From positions 12,865,968 through 12,929,967 of the forward strand of contig NW_002060943.1 in the NCBI RefSeq assembly GCF_000150275.1: a DNA stretch of 64,000 nt, given 5' to 3'. The position numbers were made by a program, and so were the translations under genes. This stretch comes from Trichoplax adhaerens. Lineage: Eukaryota; Animalia; Placozoa. Of the stretch, positions 52,034 through 64,000 are shown piece by piece (position 1 is the stretch's first letter; the number at the start of each line of letters is the position of its first letter). The notes beneath the pieces were generated by a model, which saw nothing but the letters and a program-made list of their open reading frames with translations, did not search any database and was not told where the DNA came from.

Positions 52034-55000
52034 TCTGTCAGTAACGTAAACGATGGATTGATAGATAGCTAGCTATATTTGATGACTAGATAATACCTAG
52101 TTTACAATTAAATTTTCGAATATGAAATTATAATATATTCAACGAATAGAGAAGAAAATTGCACTCAGCGCCTGAACTAATCTTAGAAAACGATGCTGGA
52201 TAATTAAATACCAAGTGACTTAAACAGAGAAATAGACTTCATACATTTACCTGAACAATCATAAACTAAGAAAATTTTAATAGAAATTCAATAGTTCTTA
52301 TCAAATATTGTAATAAGTGTGTTTTATTCAAAATTTATAACTAATCAATGAAACAATTATTTCTATAATAAAATTAGACATTAAATGAAATTTTAAAACT
52401 ACTCTATATTGCGGTCGAATTTTAATAGAAAAAAAAACTGATATTTGCAGTAGTTATCATAAAACTTGGAGATTGATGTTGTAAGTTAAGTTACCGTATG
52501 TAATCTATTATAGCCTTTACTGGATTCCTGGGCTATTCCTTTCTCAAAATTACTTTCAGTTCCGGCATTCAAGACATGATGATATTATAATTTTCTGGGT
52601 AACTTATTAATTCTTATAGGGTTTTTGAATTCTAATATTTATAAACTATGCTTTTCAATAAGGTTTAGTCTATTCTTAGTAAAGTTATATTCTACACGGT
52701 GGAAATCTGTTTACACTCTAGTTTGATTATAGTATATCGTAGAACTACCATAATATTAAAGTAAGATGTTCTTATTAGTCACTCGCGTATATAAAAAATT
52801 TCCTCTTTCTGTGCTTCTTACCTTATAAAAGCGATCTTTATGCATTTATTTCGTTAGTGAATTTTGCCAGTTACACACCAAACTTGTACACTTTATCTAT
52901 TCTACTTTTCCTATCGCTATTTCGACTAGTAACGTCGTTATACATGCTGCTTCCTTCTCGCACTACTTGCAATAAAGACTGTTTTTGACTAAGCTATTCT
53001 CCTGTCATTTCTTGCGATTGCTATAAACGTACAATCTTCCGAAATATTACAATAAACTAAAATGAATTAGCTGTTCTGTGAAGATTTTACTTCTTCCCCA
53101 AATCCTAAGATCGAGTGAATATTTAGCTAACTAAAATTTTAATAATGCATTAAGCATAAATAAGACTCCATTAACTTTAGGGATACAAAGAACTATAGAG
53201 ATTAAAATAGCAACAATCAGTGCGGAACATCTAGGATAAATTCAACTGGAAAAGCCGTTCTTTTTAATTAATTATTAACTATTGAGAGAAAAATTTAAAA
53301 CAAGTTATACTATGATAATACGTAACTTTAACAGATCACTTAGCAATAAAATCAAACTTAGAATAGGGATTTACGAGTAAATTATAGTAACCCATCATGA
53401 AAAGCAATAAACAATTGCTAAAATAATTCAAATTTTTATGAACAAAGTTTAATAAAAATTTTTCCGGGAACTTTCTGGCAGTGATAATAATTGGAAAAAT
53501 TTCACGTGCTGCTACTTCGACAGTATTCCTATTTTCATTGAAATATATAATCAATCTAAGATAAAATTGACATTTGAGCATGTAACATAGTAGTTATCAT
53601 CGAATTTGTATTAATCGTTAAGGTAATTTTACTTATCTTTAAGAATTCCAATTTAGTATAATAAGACTTTCGGGATATACTAACCCGATAATTCACAATC
53701 AGCCATAAATCACACTTTATGTTCTAAGCCAAGACTTTTAGTCACATTTATATATCAATTAGCCTTAGCAACGGTTTCATTTGTTAAAATTATGAGAAAG
53801 AGAATTTTAATCGCATTTTTCATTCAGGAATAATTTTTTCAAATACTTTTCTGATAGATTGTCAAGCAGTCGACTGCGGTAAAAACTCAAATCAGCAAAC
53901 GCATGCCATAAACTTCTGTGATTGTAAAGAATATTGCTCTAACAAGTTCTATGCATCCAATATTGATCAGTTAGCAATATTTTCAAAATAGATAAAGATG
54001 TAAAAAGAATCGAACAAGTTATGACTAGTAGGTGCAATGATTTTATGCATATTTTTTTGATCTATGATCACAAGTATTTTAGATCACATTTCTAATCATC
54101 ACTTGTCATATTACTCAAAAACCCAAATTTGTAAATCAACTCAATTCTCGCTCTAGAATATCTACTAGCTACTCTTCCATTTCACCTACGATCAAAAATA
54201 TCTTTAAGTACGCATTTATGACGCATCTCAATAACAGTATAGTTCTGAGCGATAAAACTGAGAGTCATTTCATACGATTGAGAAAACCATAGCCAAAGTG
54301 ATATCTCACTTGAAATTCACATTTTGTTTATACAACATCATTAAATTTTCCATCTATTATAGCTCTTAATAATAGTCTTAATAGCATTGACTATTCTGAT
54401 TGCACATTTTGATTAAAAAAATAGACTAATAATTTACTGGCGATAACATCTTATGTGTAAGTACATTGAATGTAGATCTATTTTCTAAATCATCTACATG
54501 AGTTACAACTACTTTAGTAAACCGTAAAGAAACATATACCTTATTATAAGACAAAGTATTTGTGAGATACTTTTATTATAAAATCATATACACTGGAATG
54601 TTTAAAAATTACGCGCTTAGATGTTAAGATGTACATTGATAAAATTCGCAGGAGATGTCGATGTTTGCTTATATATTAACTGATAGACATCTCTACCAAT
54701 AATTATCTTGTAATTTTGACTATGCTATTCGGGTTCTGATTTAATATCTATTTAACTCAGTAAAGTTTAATTAGTTACAATTATAAACAATCACGACATG
54801 CTACAATAGCTATTGCTACTTTTGTATATCTTATCTGAGCTATATTACTTCTACTATACAAAGCACGAGTAGAATTCTAAAAGTATACAAGGAAGCCTTT
54901 TACAAAAATATTTTTGAACGCATTATCCCAACTATTAAATCGTCAGCAGTCTGCAATATTAATGTAGCCCTCAGTTAAACAAAATTTCTGATGCATAAAA

Positions 55001-55597
55001 TCAATTTAATTATATAATTATTGGGAAGAGTTATCTTTTCATAGGTCCATTCTTATCCATTAGCATTTCTGCTATTCACGAATTTAATTATTAATAGCCT
55101 ATTATACACGTACATTATTATTTCACACAAGAAATTTTCAATTAATTAATGCTTTGCTTTACAAGAACAATATTGAACATTGCAAAATTTGTTTTTCTAC
55201 TTTCGGTAATTTGTTTACATATCACTTGTGGTAAATAGAAGAACAATTAATTTAATCGATTGTAACTTATTTTGAGTCTTCGTATTTCATCAGTACGGAA
55301 GGAGAGCTTTCTCGCGATGCTGTAGGCGTTGCAGAGAATGAAATGCTAAATTTAAGTTTTAGTTTCATAGCTTAAAATAAATAGCAAGGACTATAATTAA
55401 TTTTGTTTACCATCTCCAATATTAAAAGGACATATAACGATTTATAACGTATTTCTGTAGAAAATCAGAATCTTATAACATAAGCGAACATTAAAATAGT
55501 TAAGATTAACTATTAATGATGTTATCAATTAGAATCAATTCCGTACTATAGGTGTATATCACGAATTGATGGTAAAGAAATGGAAAAGTTAGATGTG

Positions 55598-56557
55598 TTA
55601 TTTACTACAATAGAATAATTTTGTTAATGTTGATAGCATTCCGGCCCTAACCCGTTTATCAAACGTCATATAAATAATTGGGTTTATAACAGGTAAGGAT
55701 GTCACGATAGCTATGGCAATATATGCCAATATAAACGTAAAAACATTACCTACTGACATACTAATGACCGATCGCTGATATATTCCAGATACTGTACAAT
55801 TTAGTGAATGCGGCAAAACTATTATTACATAGCATATCGTTATATAAATCATCAGTTTAATAAATTTCCGTCTATTTCTAAAGTCATTATCGAGCTCTTC
55901 TGATGTCCGAAAACCAGGTCGAACATAGTTCTTTTGAAGCAGTATAATTTTCGTATAAGAAAAGATAATGATTATAATAGGCATAGCATATACAATAAAG
56001 ACCCAAAGTATCAGATAAATGGATTGATCAAGGTCCATATGTGGAAAATCGCATGACGTAGGTACGCCAGGGATCGGAGCTAGATAAAGTGCGAAAGGAG
56101 ATGTGACAGATATTGATACTAGCCAGACAAAAAATTCAGTAACAATCAGAAATTTTGTTTTATGATTTCGATAAAATGGCGAGAGTGGTCTCACGATAGC
56201 AAAATAGCGATCTACCGCAACCAATGCTAAGTTCATGATGGAAATTGCGATTGATGAAAACATTATAGTGGCTAAGATACGACAAAGATTGGAGCTGGTA
56301 ATGTCATCTATATTGACAAAGATTGATATTGTAAACAAGACCACAGTTGCAGTTGCCGATATAACATCCGATATTACTGGCATTCGAATCAAACGATAAG
56401 TAGGATTTTGGAAATTTTTGTCTGTAAAAAGTAGATGGAGTAAAGTTATGTTGAGTATTAATCCTATTGTATATAAAGGAAGGAAACCCAACCAAATATA
56501 GCGATAAATCTGTGCAAAAAGTAATCCAAATGAGTTCGTTCTATTGGAGATATCCAT
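55598..56557 (-). CDS. Intronless class A (rhodopsin-like) GPCR, 319 aa
   Basis: Same length and architecture as 51074-52033, with VAVDRY, a shared QKNYVRPG loop and NPIIY. Confidence 0.93.
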   Translation of the reverse strand: MDISNRTNSFGLLFAQIYRYIWLGFLPLYTIGLILNITLLHLLFTDKNFQNPTYRLIRMPVISDVISATATVVLFTISIFVNIDDITSSNLCRILATIMFSSIAISIMNLALVAVDRYFAIVRPLSPFYRNHKTKFLIVTEFFVWLVSISVTSPFALYLAPIPGVPTSCDFPHMDLDQSIYLILWVFIVYAMPIIIIIFSYTKIILLQKNYVRPGFRTSEELDNDFRNRRKFIKLMIYITICYVIIVLPHSLNCTVSGIYQRSVISMSVGNVFTFILAYIAIAIVTSLPVINPIIYMTFDKRVRAGMLSTLTKLFYCSK

Positions 56558-57524
56558 TCTTCTGGAATAGAAAACGATAGATTGATCGATAGTACTGTAA
56601 TATTTGCGGACTCGATGATCTTAGGCTTGAAATTGAATATTAGAATAAAAAATTGGATTGTATCTGGTAAATAAACAAAAAAGTATTACCAACTTCAGGA
56701 GTTATCGCAACAAAATGATATAAAAAATGGAAATAGTTACTACTATTATTTAATAGGCTGCAATAGGTATATATCTATTAACTTTCTCTACAAATCAATA
56801 CCATAAATATTTCAGAACATTACTTGGATTGCATTATGTGCAGATATTTATTACGCAACACTGCTTGTAATAAAAGAAAAGATAGATGTACATTATTAGT
56901 TGTCTTTTATGTTTATTCAAAGTAACTTATTCATACATTAAGAGTCAATATGGCGGGTTGTCATTGGTTTACCGGATGAATAAAATAACTTAATATATAT
57001 TATCAAATAGTCGTTAGAATTTATTGTTTCGTGTCCTATCTCACGACTACATTAAATATAATGGTAATTACCGTAAATTTTCGAAATTATATACTTGTAG
57101 TAGATTCTAAGAATTTAAGTAACTCTATTTGAAAGGATAATTTGATCGACAAAAAGGAATTCTTGAAGCTCGTTGTGGCAAATATCCAGGTGTTACTTTA
57201 GGTACGCCAAATATTACTCTTCCAAATACTGGAAGTTAGGATTATTAGAAAATGCATATCTTGGCATCAAAGTAAATATCCAACTAATTAAACTTGTCAG
57301 ATCTTTTGTAATAATAATTGCTATGATAATAAACGCAACACTTATGTGCACTGTAGGTATGCCCATTGGTAGGTACTACAACTAAGTATTTACGTAAGTG
57401 ATTAGACGAAAACTTCACGATTGAATTCAATTAATTTATTTATTAACTGATTCTATCAAACCAACTGTACAATATTCAACCAATGTATTTTAAAAGAAAA
57501 TGGTAAATTTAAAATTATTACGGT

Positions 57525-57627
57525 CTAAGACATAGCACCTAGACTCAACCACCACCAAACATCAACGAAACTACATGAAATAATAGTTTGTCCTAAGACA
57601 CAGCGCCTAGTCTCAACCACTACCAAA
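57525..57627. repeat. Short direct repeat (~35 bp x2)
   Basis: CTAAGACATAGCACCTAGACTCAACCACCACCAAA and CTAAGACACAGCGCCTAGTCTCAACCACTACCAAA. Confidence 0.8.
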
Positions 57628-58629
57628 AATTAAGATTTACTTATACACGTATAATAAAAGAATTTATGAGCTAAACTGCCATCAACTAGTTCAGTTTGCA
57701 CAAAAAGGATAAATCGAGTAATATTTTTAACTACTACTTCTCTTTTTATAGTTTCTGCTTGAACTGCACCAAATGTAAATTATGAATACGTCTCATAGCA
57801 ATTAAGTAAAATAATATAATTGCTATAGAATGTAAGGATTTTCCCTTATAAATTCATTCATATTGTACAGTCCTAAAGTTCAGTCTGCGTTAATACTGAC
57901 CATTGGGATAATGCTAACAAAATAATATCTACCATCACAAACGATAAGGTATCGGGTATCAAAAATAAGATCTGTGAAATAAATCAATCCCTTTAATAAA
58001 ATATTTATCCTCTCGAGCTGAAACCATATCTAAAGATATCTAAAAGTAATTATATCTGACTGCTATCTTATAAAAAGAAATGTTATACTCTTCATTACAA
58101 ATTTATTTCATATTGTTTGATACAGTAAGCCTTAAGTAAAATACTACAGATCAAGAAGATATATTCAATATGGAATCAAGCGAATTTAAGTATCTTTACC
58201 TTTCAACCGACAAGTTGGAAATAAATGCTTTCGAAAATGGTGTATAGGAAATCAAGTTCAATATTGGAGGCCTTCAATGCAGCCATTTAAAACTGACTGA
58301 CAGAATTTTTTAAATCAACTGAGATCACGGAAAGTCTTTATTATTTGGACTACTGCAACTAGAAATAAAGCTTTGTCGATCAATGAAGTAACATGGCTGG
58401 TCTCATCCGGCCAATTAGCAGCCAAAGGGATAAAACTTTCTTTAATAAAGTTATGCCAACATTAATTACGTATCATGTCAATCAAGTGTAAATTTTTAAT
58501 ATTGTATTCACAGAAAATTTAATAAAAGGATTGACCGTAGACTATTTTGACTGCGTATTGATTGAATTGATGAATTTTTAGCCTTCTACACCAGGTGTAT
58601 CTTATTCAGATCTACTTCCTCTACCAGAC

Positions 58630-59173
58630 TGTAATGTAACTTAGTATTGTGATTGTAGACTGTTAGCCATGTGCAGTATAATGTACGGTAGATATTTATC
58701 CTAAGAGATATCTACTAGCTATAACTATAGACTATAGTGGTATAGACTCTATGCTAGAGTACAGATGACTATATACAGTAAGGTGTTAAGTTACTAATAA
58801 GGCTATAGGTAAAAATAAAACTGTAAATCATATATTAGGATATGGTTAATTCATTGTACTTTGGCTGGTGTGAATGATGTCTACGTAAGTACTGTAGTCG
58901 TATCCATATTGGATTAATGATGGTCCGCAGTAGAATAGTCATACTAAGAATAAGTTAACTATCTGTAAAATAAGGTAAAAGGTTGCTATGCGGATTGTAG
59001 TTGCGAATGCTACGGAAAGTATAAAAGCATACAACTTTAGATTATTCTCATAGTTCGTTCTAGAAGTCTTTAGTAGTAGTATTCGGCTAAAGTAGAGCTG
59101 TGTGTAGTTAATCTTTGTATAAGATTGAATAAAGCCCTTATTTTTCTAAAATTTGGAATTTCGTGATTGGTAT
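58630..59173 (-). repeat. Dispersed repeat copy B (inverted copy of 48067-48611)
   Basis: Reverse-complement match to copy A with scattered substitutions. Confidence 0.92.
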
Positions 59174-62100
59174 ATATCACACAGACTTACCGGTAGCTTA
59201 ATGGTCCTCACCTAAATTGGGACTAACGAATTCAAGAATAAATCACTTATTAATTAATATTAAAGTACTCATACTTCAAATAGTAAATACTGTTTTAGTA
59301 TCGATGCTATTCTATTTTTGATCTATTAGTTCATTTATTTATCTAGTGCTAAGCTTTATGGAGGAGTAAAATGTGATATTTGCTAAATTTATCTATTTAT
59401 AAAAATATTGTAGGCTTAGCTGTACGTGATATTTTACTAAATTTAAATTTTTAGACGATATTACTTTATCAGATTGAAATTATTTAAGTTATTCCAGCAT
59501 TTTGCTCAATTTGTGATGTTAAATTGATTTTGACACCTTAATTGAATTTAAATGCAATACTCGGTCTGTCCTTTATGTTTAATCCAATCACCTATCAAGT
59601 ATTTCCTGGTGTCCAATGACGATATATAGCAAACAATACTTATACAAATTGGAATAGTGTCTTATTAAACATACGTGTACTCTTTGATAATACAATATCG
59701 GCATTGAATTGAGAATCTATAGTCAGTCTTCAAAACCCTGAGTATGAAATAGTATAAGAGGATCCTTTTATTGCGTTGTAAGAATAAATTTTTTAGTCTA
59801 TGCTCCATTTTGTCTAAAGATTTACTTAATTCAGCTTTGAAATTTCTATCGATAGCTATGCGCAATATAACATTTGAAGCCGGTTAAAAATTTTACGTTC
59901 TAAAGAAAAGAAATGAAGAATGCTTTGCCGGTTCCGTCGCATCAGATCTTCTATTTAGGAAATCAGGTGTGAACCAATATTATTAGGGTATTAGTGGGCG
60001 TAATCATGCAGTTCTGATATACTAATCCTTTCAATTTTATTTTACCTTTCCATTCACCTATATAAATTCAAGATGTTCAATAGTAAAATCACCACATCAA
60101 TTAATATTGATGGAACAAGTTAAATATATTAAAATAATACTTGAACAGGAATTCATCAGTCCTTACAAGGTAACAAGTATAATTTAAGTTTATTCTAGCA
60201 CAGATACTATAATAAATATTTTGTTTGAAGCCAAATAAAGTATACTTTAATCACGCCTTCTGATTTCATTTTCTCATATATTGATCCGTAAATTTTAATA
60301 TAGCGCAAAACTCGACAGTTTATCGTTTGCATGAGAAATCACAAACCTTTATTGATAGCAAGAAAGAAGGTAACAATTTCATTTCTTTTCAATTTTGCGT
60401 TAAATAGCGGTCAATGGAAGTTGTAAAATCAGCCATAATGTATTAAATTATTAATTTTAATTTATAAGCAACTCACAATATCCACATGTATTTTATTTCA
60501 TCTAGTGGATAAATGTAGAAAAATCATGATCAATTATTGAACTAAAATAATTTATTAACGAATGAGGATTGCTATAACCAAATCACAATTTTGAAACCTT
60601 TCTACTTGTTAGCAGTTTTAAATAACAGCTTTTGTGATGTTAAAATCCATGGAACGAATTTCTATTTATTAAATCAGCGGCAGCAAGTACAGCTGGAAAG
60701 GTAGACACTAAAGCCATGTAGAAGACAAAGTAATTTACTGCAGATACTAAAGAAATTACCGGTACATGGTCTGTAGCTTATTTCTTATCGCCTCTTATTT
60801 GTATATATCGTAATGACTTTCTTCAAGTAAATGTCAGTTTTCTAATTTTGTCTTCGAATCAGCCAGTGAATACGACGACCGCATGTTTTCGATAACATCC
60901 TCTAAAGTATAAGATATTTACATTAATAGAACTTAATATCTAAGTTGAAATCTTTAGTCTATTAAAGTAGACAGCTATCGATGATCATTAGAATTGGCGA
61001 AGTAGCTATAATCGGTCAGACATTCATGCCCGAAATGCGTTTCATAGCAGGGCTTCCTATTATGAATTCATAGTTGCATGAAGTAAGTTTTTATTAATAA
61101 GGGGTGTTGTTTGTTAGCTATCTCGTTTACCTTTGCATAAATTAATCTTTAGTTGTCGGTTGTTCATCAAGCAATTTGATTCTGTTTTAGCTTGTCATGG
61201 TGTTATAATTTAGTACTGGATGTTGTATCTTATTACGATTAATCGGCATTGCAACAAGTACGTATACGTATATCACAGTATTATTATATCGTTATTAGGT
61301 GCTCCAAGAGAACTAGCTCTAGTCAGGTGAGCTACTAATTTATAACCAACCGGTAGCTCAGAAAGCTACTTACTTATTACTAGGCACTGCATATCATATA
61401 GCAGTTCTTAAATATTGATCTTGGAGAACGTTAGTGGTTTATGCTTATCTCCTACGAGTACATCGCTAAGAGCATACCAATTTGGATAAAAGTGAATAAA
61501 TTAGTTTAAAAGAAACTAGTACAAACTCACGTCGCTTTGCTGACGGTTTGTACTTATTTGCTAATAATTAACAGATAGTATTACCATTCGACATTATATA
61601 TATATCCCGGTAATAGCCAGGCACTACTATATTCACAGCTATGCTTGTAGAATACTACTTTTCAATTATGCATTGACAGATGAAATGCTATGTTAAGATT
61701 AGTTCATGGTCCAAAGCACATTATGATATCTAATGTACGGTGATGGGCACACCAAGTTAAGATTAGCAGGTACTGTAAGATATCGACCGTGCGGTACAAT
61801 GTCCTTAGTACTGTGGTCAATTCTATACCAATCATGATAATGTGTCTAAGGATAGCTTGAGTATGCAAGCAAAGCTTGCTCTGTCGATAGCAACCGTTAT
61901 AAGAAAATGTAAAAATCAAAATGGCTGTGTAGAAAACTATAAAGATTCTATGTTTATTCAATTTTCTTCAGAATATTACATCAAATCGAAATTGAAAGGC
62001 CCAGTGGCCACCTTAGCGATATAAAGAATACTATTTTAATAATCAGTACTCTACCGAAATGACTACCTTAAAGCTATTTGTTTTCCATGAAATCTTAAGG

Positions 62101-64000
62101 TAAAAAACTGTAAGAATCTTATACTGACCTATTGAAATCAACCCATAATCACAGTCATCTAACAGTAGTATAAATACCCCCCGCGCTGCTCGTTTCAAGG
62201 ATGGGTGAGTGGGATTATCACTGTGTTGCTTCGTCCCACATTCTTAACCGAACTAATTAACCAGAAGCTAAGCAGATATACTAGAGCGGAATTACGACAC
62301 ATGATATTAGTTTCAATTCTTAAATCAACTGTTTACGTACCGTTACAATTGTTTCTAAAGCGTTATAAAGATTTACGAGCTTAGATAGTAATAATAATGT
62401 TTATTTTAATATCTTAAAATCTGAGAGAAATTTTCAGTTTCACAAAATCTTATACTATTGTAGTAGTTAATTCTTAAGTTTAATGTTTATTTAAATTGTG
62501 ATTATATTTTAAGTAATTAATTAAAGGATAATAGGAATGAGCGGGTTCTTGCTTGAAATATTTCTAATGAAATGCCACATTAGGATGGGATGCGCTTATT
62601 GTGATCTATATTTGTTTCTTATTTATCTATATCACACGTTATATAATTGCAAATTACAAACCCAATCGTATAGAGCAATTAATTAGTTACATTTCTATTT
62701 AAAGGATGATTTTTCTTGTAGATTAATCTTTTTCAAAAGACATGTTATAAAGGAGCTCTATGTTTAAGCTAATGCCTACAATAGAGAATTAATGATGAGA
62801 ACTAGATTTTACGACCGATAAGCTAAATATAGAAGCCTTACTGAACAGTCATTCTGGGTAATTTTTACATTCCTAGGAGATGTTGTTGTGATTCAGTTTG
62901 ATCTTTACGAATTTACGGAAGCGTGCGGAATTTCTGCTGAGGCAACAACAACAAATAAATTTCCTTTCTTTTCTATCGGTGGTTGAAATCGACCTTTATT
63001 AACTACAACTAACCAACTTACTAACTCACAATCGAACCCCCTCCCCAAGATAGTAAAAGCGCCTCATTTATATACTCTAACATTGGCATGAATATGCATA
63101 ACTTCTCTAACATTGCGATAACATTCTTGAGATATCATTTTTCAGTATAACATAATTGATTAATAAATATACTTGTACCATACAACATTAATTTATCATT
63201 TACCAGTACAGCAATACAAGATAACGGTAACAACTATGTATAGTTTAGGATATTAATCCTTAAGAACAATATTATCTAGCGATGCCAGTCTAGCTGTCGC
63301 GACAGATGTAATAGTATTTAATTTTATACTTTAATATTGTATCTTTTTAATGGTCATAGAAACTCAATAACTGAGTGTACTGATGGAACTCATAATGAAA
63401 TTTCATATACTGATGGTTGATTCATGATCATTTTGATAGCAGTTTTGCTACTATAAGAATTTGAGCTCTATTCCATTTTGTATACTAGGTGTGATAAATA
63501 TACAGCATATCTCTGATCAGAACAATTTAGTAATAACCATAAATTAGCATTTTAAAATTTACTAAAACGACAGGAGTGAAACATTGAAAACAAAATATCG
63601 CACCTAAAGTGAATAAAAAGACAAAACTTTGTTTAAGTCAGTAAACTCTTATAGAGAAATCAAAAAGAATCGTCAATAGAGCCGATTTGCGCGTTCTCAA
63701 TCAATCAAACTATCTAAAGTGCTGTGAAATGAAATATGTAGAAATCAAACGACACAACTTCTAACTAACTTTGATTCTACTTTCTTGGCACTCTAGTCGA
63801 CTTAACGAAACTTTGACACCAAATAATAATTGGGGAAGCAACCAATCAACAATTTATTTAAAAAACGTGAGATAGACAGATCAAATAACCTTCCAAGTAC
63901 TTAATTCTAAGTATTATAAGTCAAGAAATAAAAAAAAGACAGAACTGAAACTGTCAACAACCAAACAACCTAACAAAAATTAAAACGTTTTACTACAACA

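Overview
AT-rich eukaryotic (animal) genomic DNA with short GT-AG introns. The gene content (intronless 42-aa TPR genes, intronless rhodopsin-type GPCR arrays) suggests a placozoan such as Trichoplax; this is inference. The left ~39 kb is a compact block of conserved genes: a frameshifted TPR fragment, an intact TPR gene, an intronless RDH-like SDR head-to-head with 9-exon PLD3, the golgin TRIP11/GMAP-210 head-to-head with a C14orf119/DUF4508-like gene, UTP4 head-to-head with an Angel-family EEP phosphatase, and vasohibin tail-to-tail with Angel. The right ~25 kb is a GPCR birth-and-death zone with two intact GPCRs, one clear pseudogene, several possible decayed remnants and a ~545-bp inverted repeat pair. 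The most notable observations are the Angel-vasohibin convergent pair matching human ANGEL1/VASH1 and ANGEL2/VASH2, a GTACTGTA-type motif clustered at divergent promoters, a hairpin cluster in the UTP4/Angel promoter, and a complex recent duplication in the TRIP11 promoter. No CRISPR array, rRNA or tRNA was seen, and I found no clearly new multi-gene system. Exon coordinates were read by eye.
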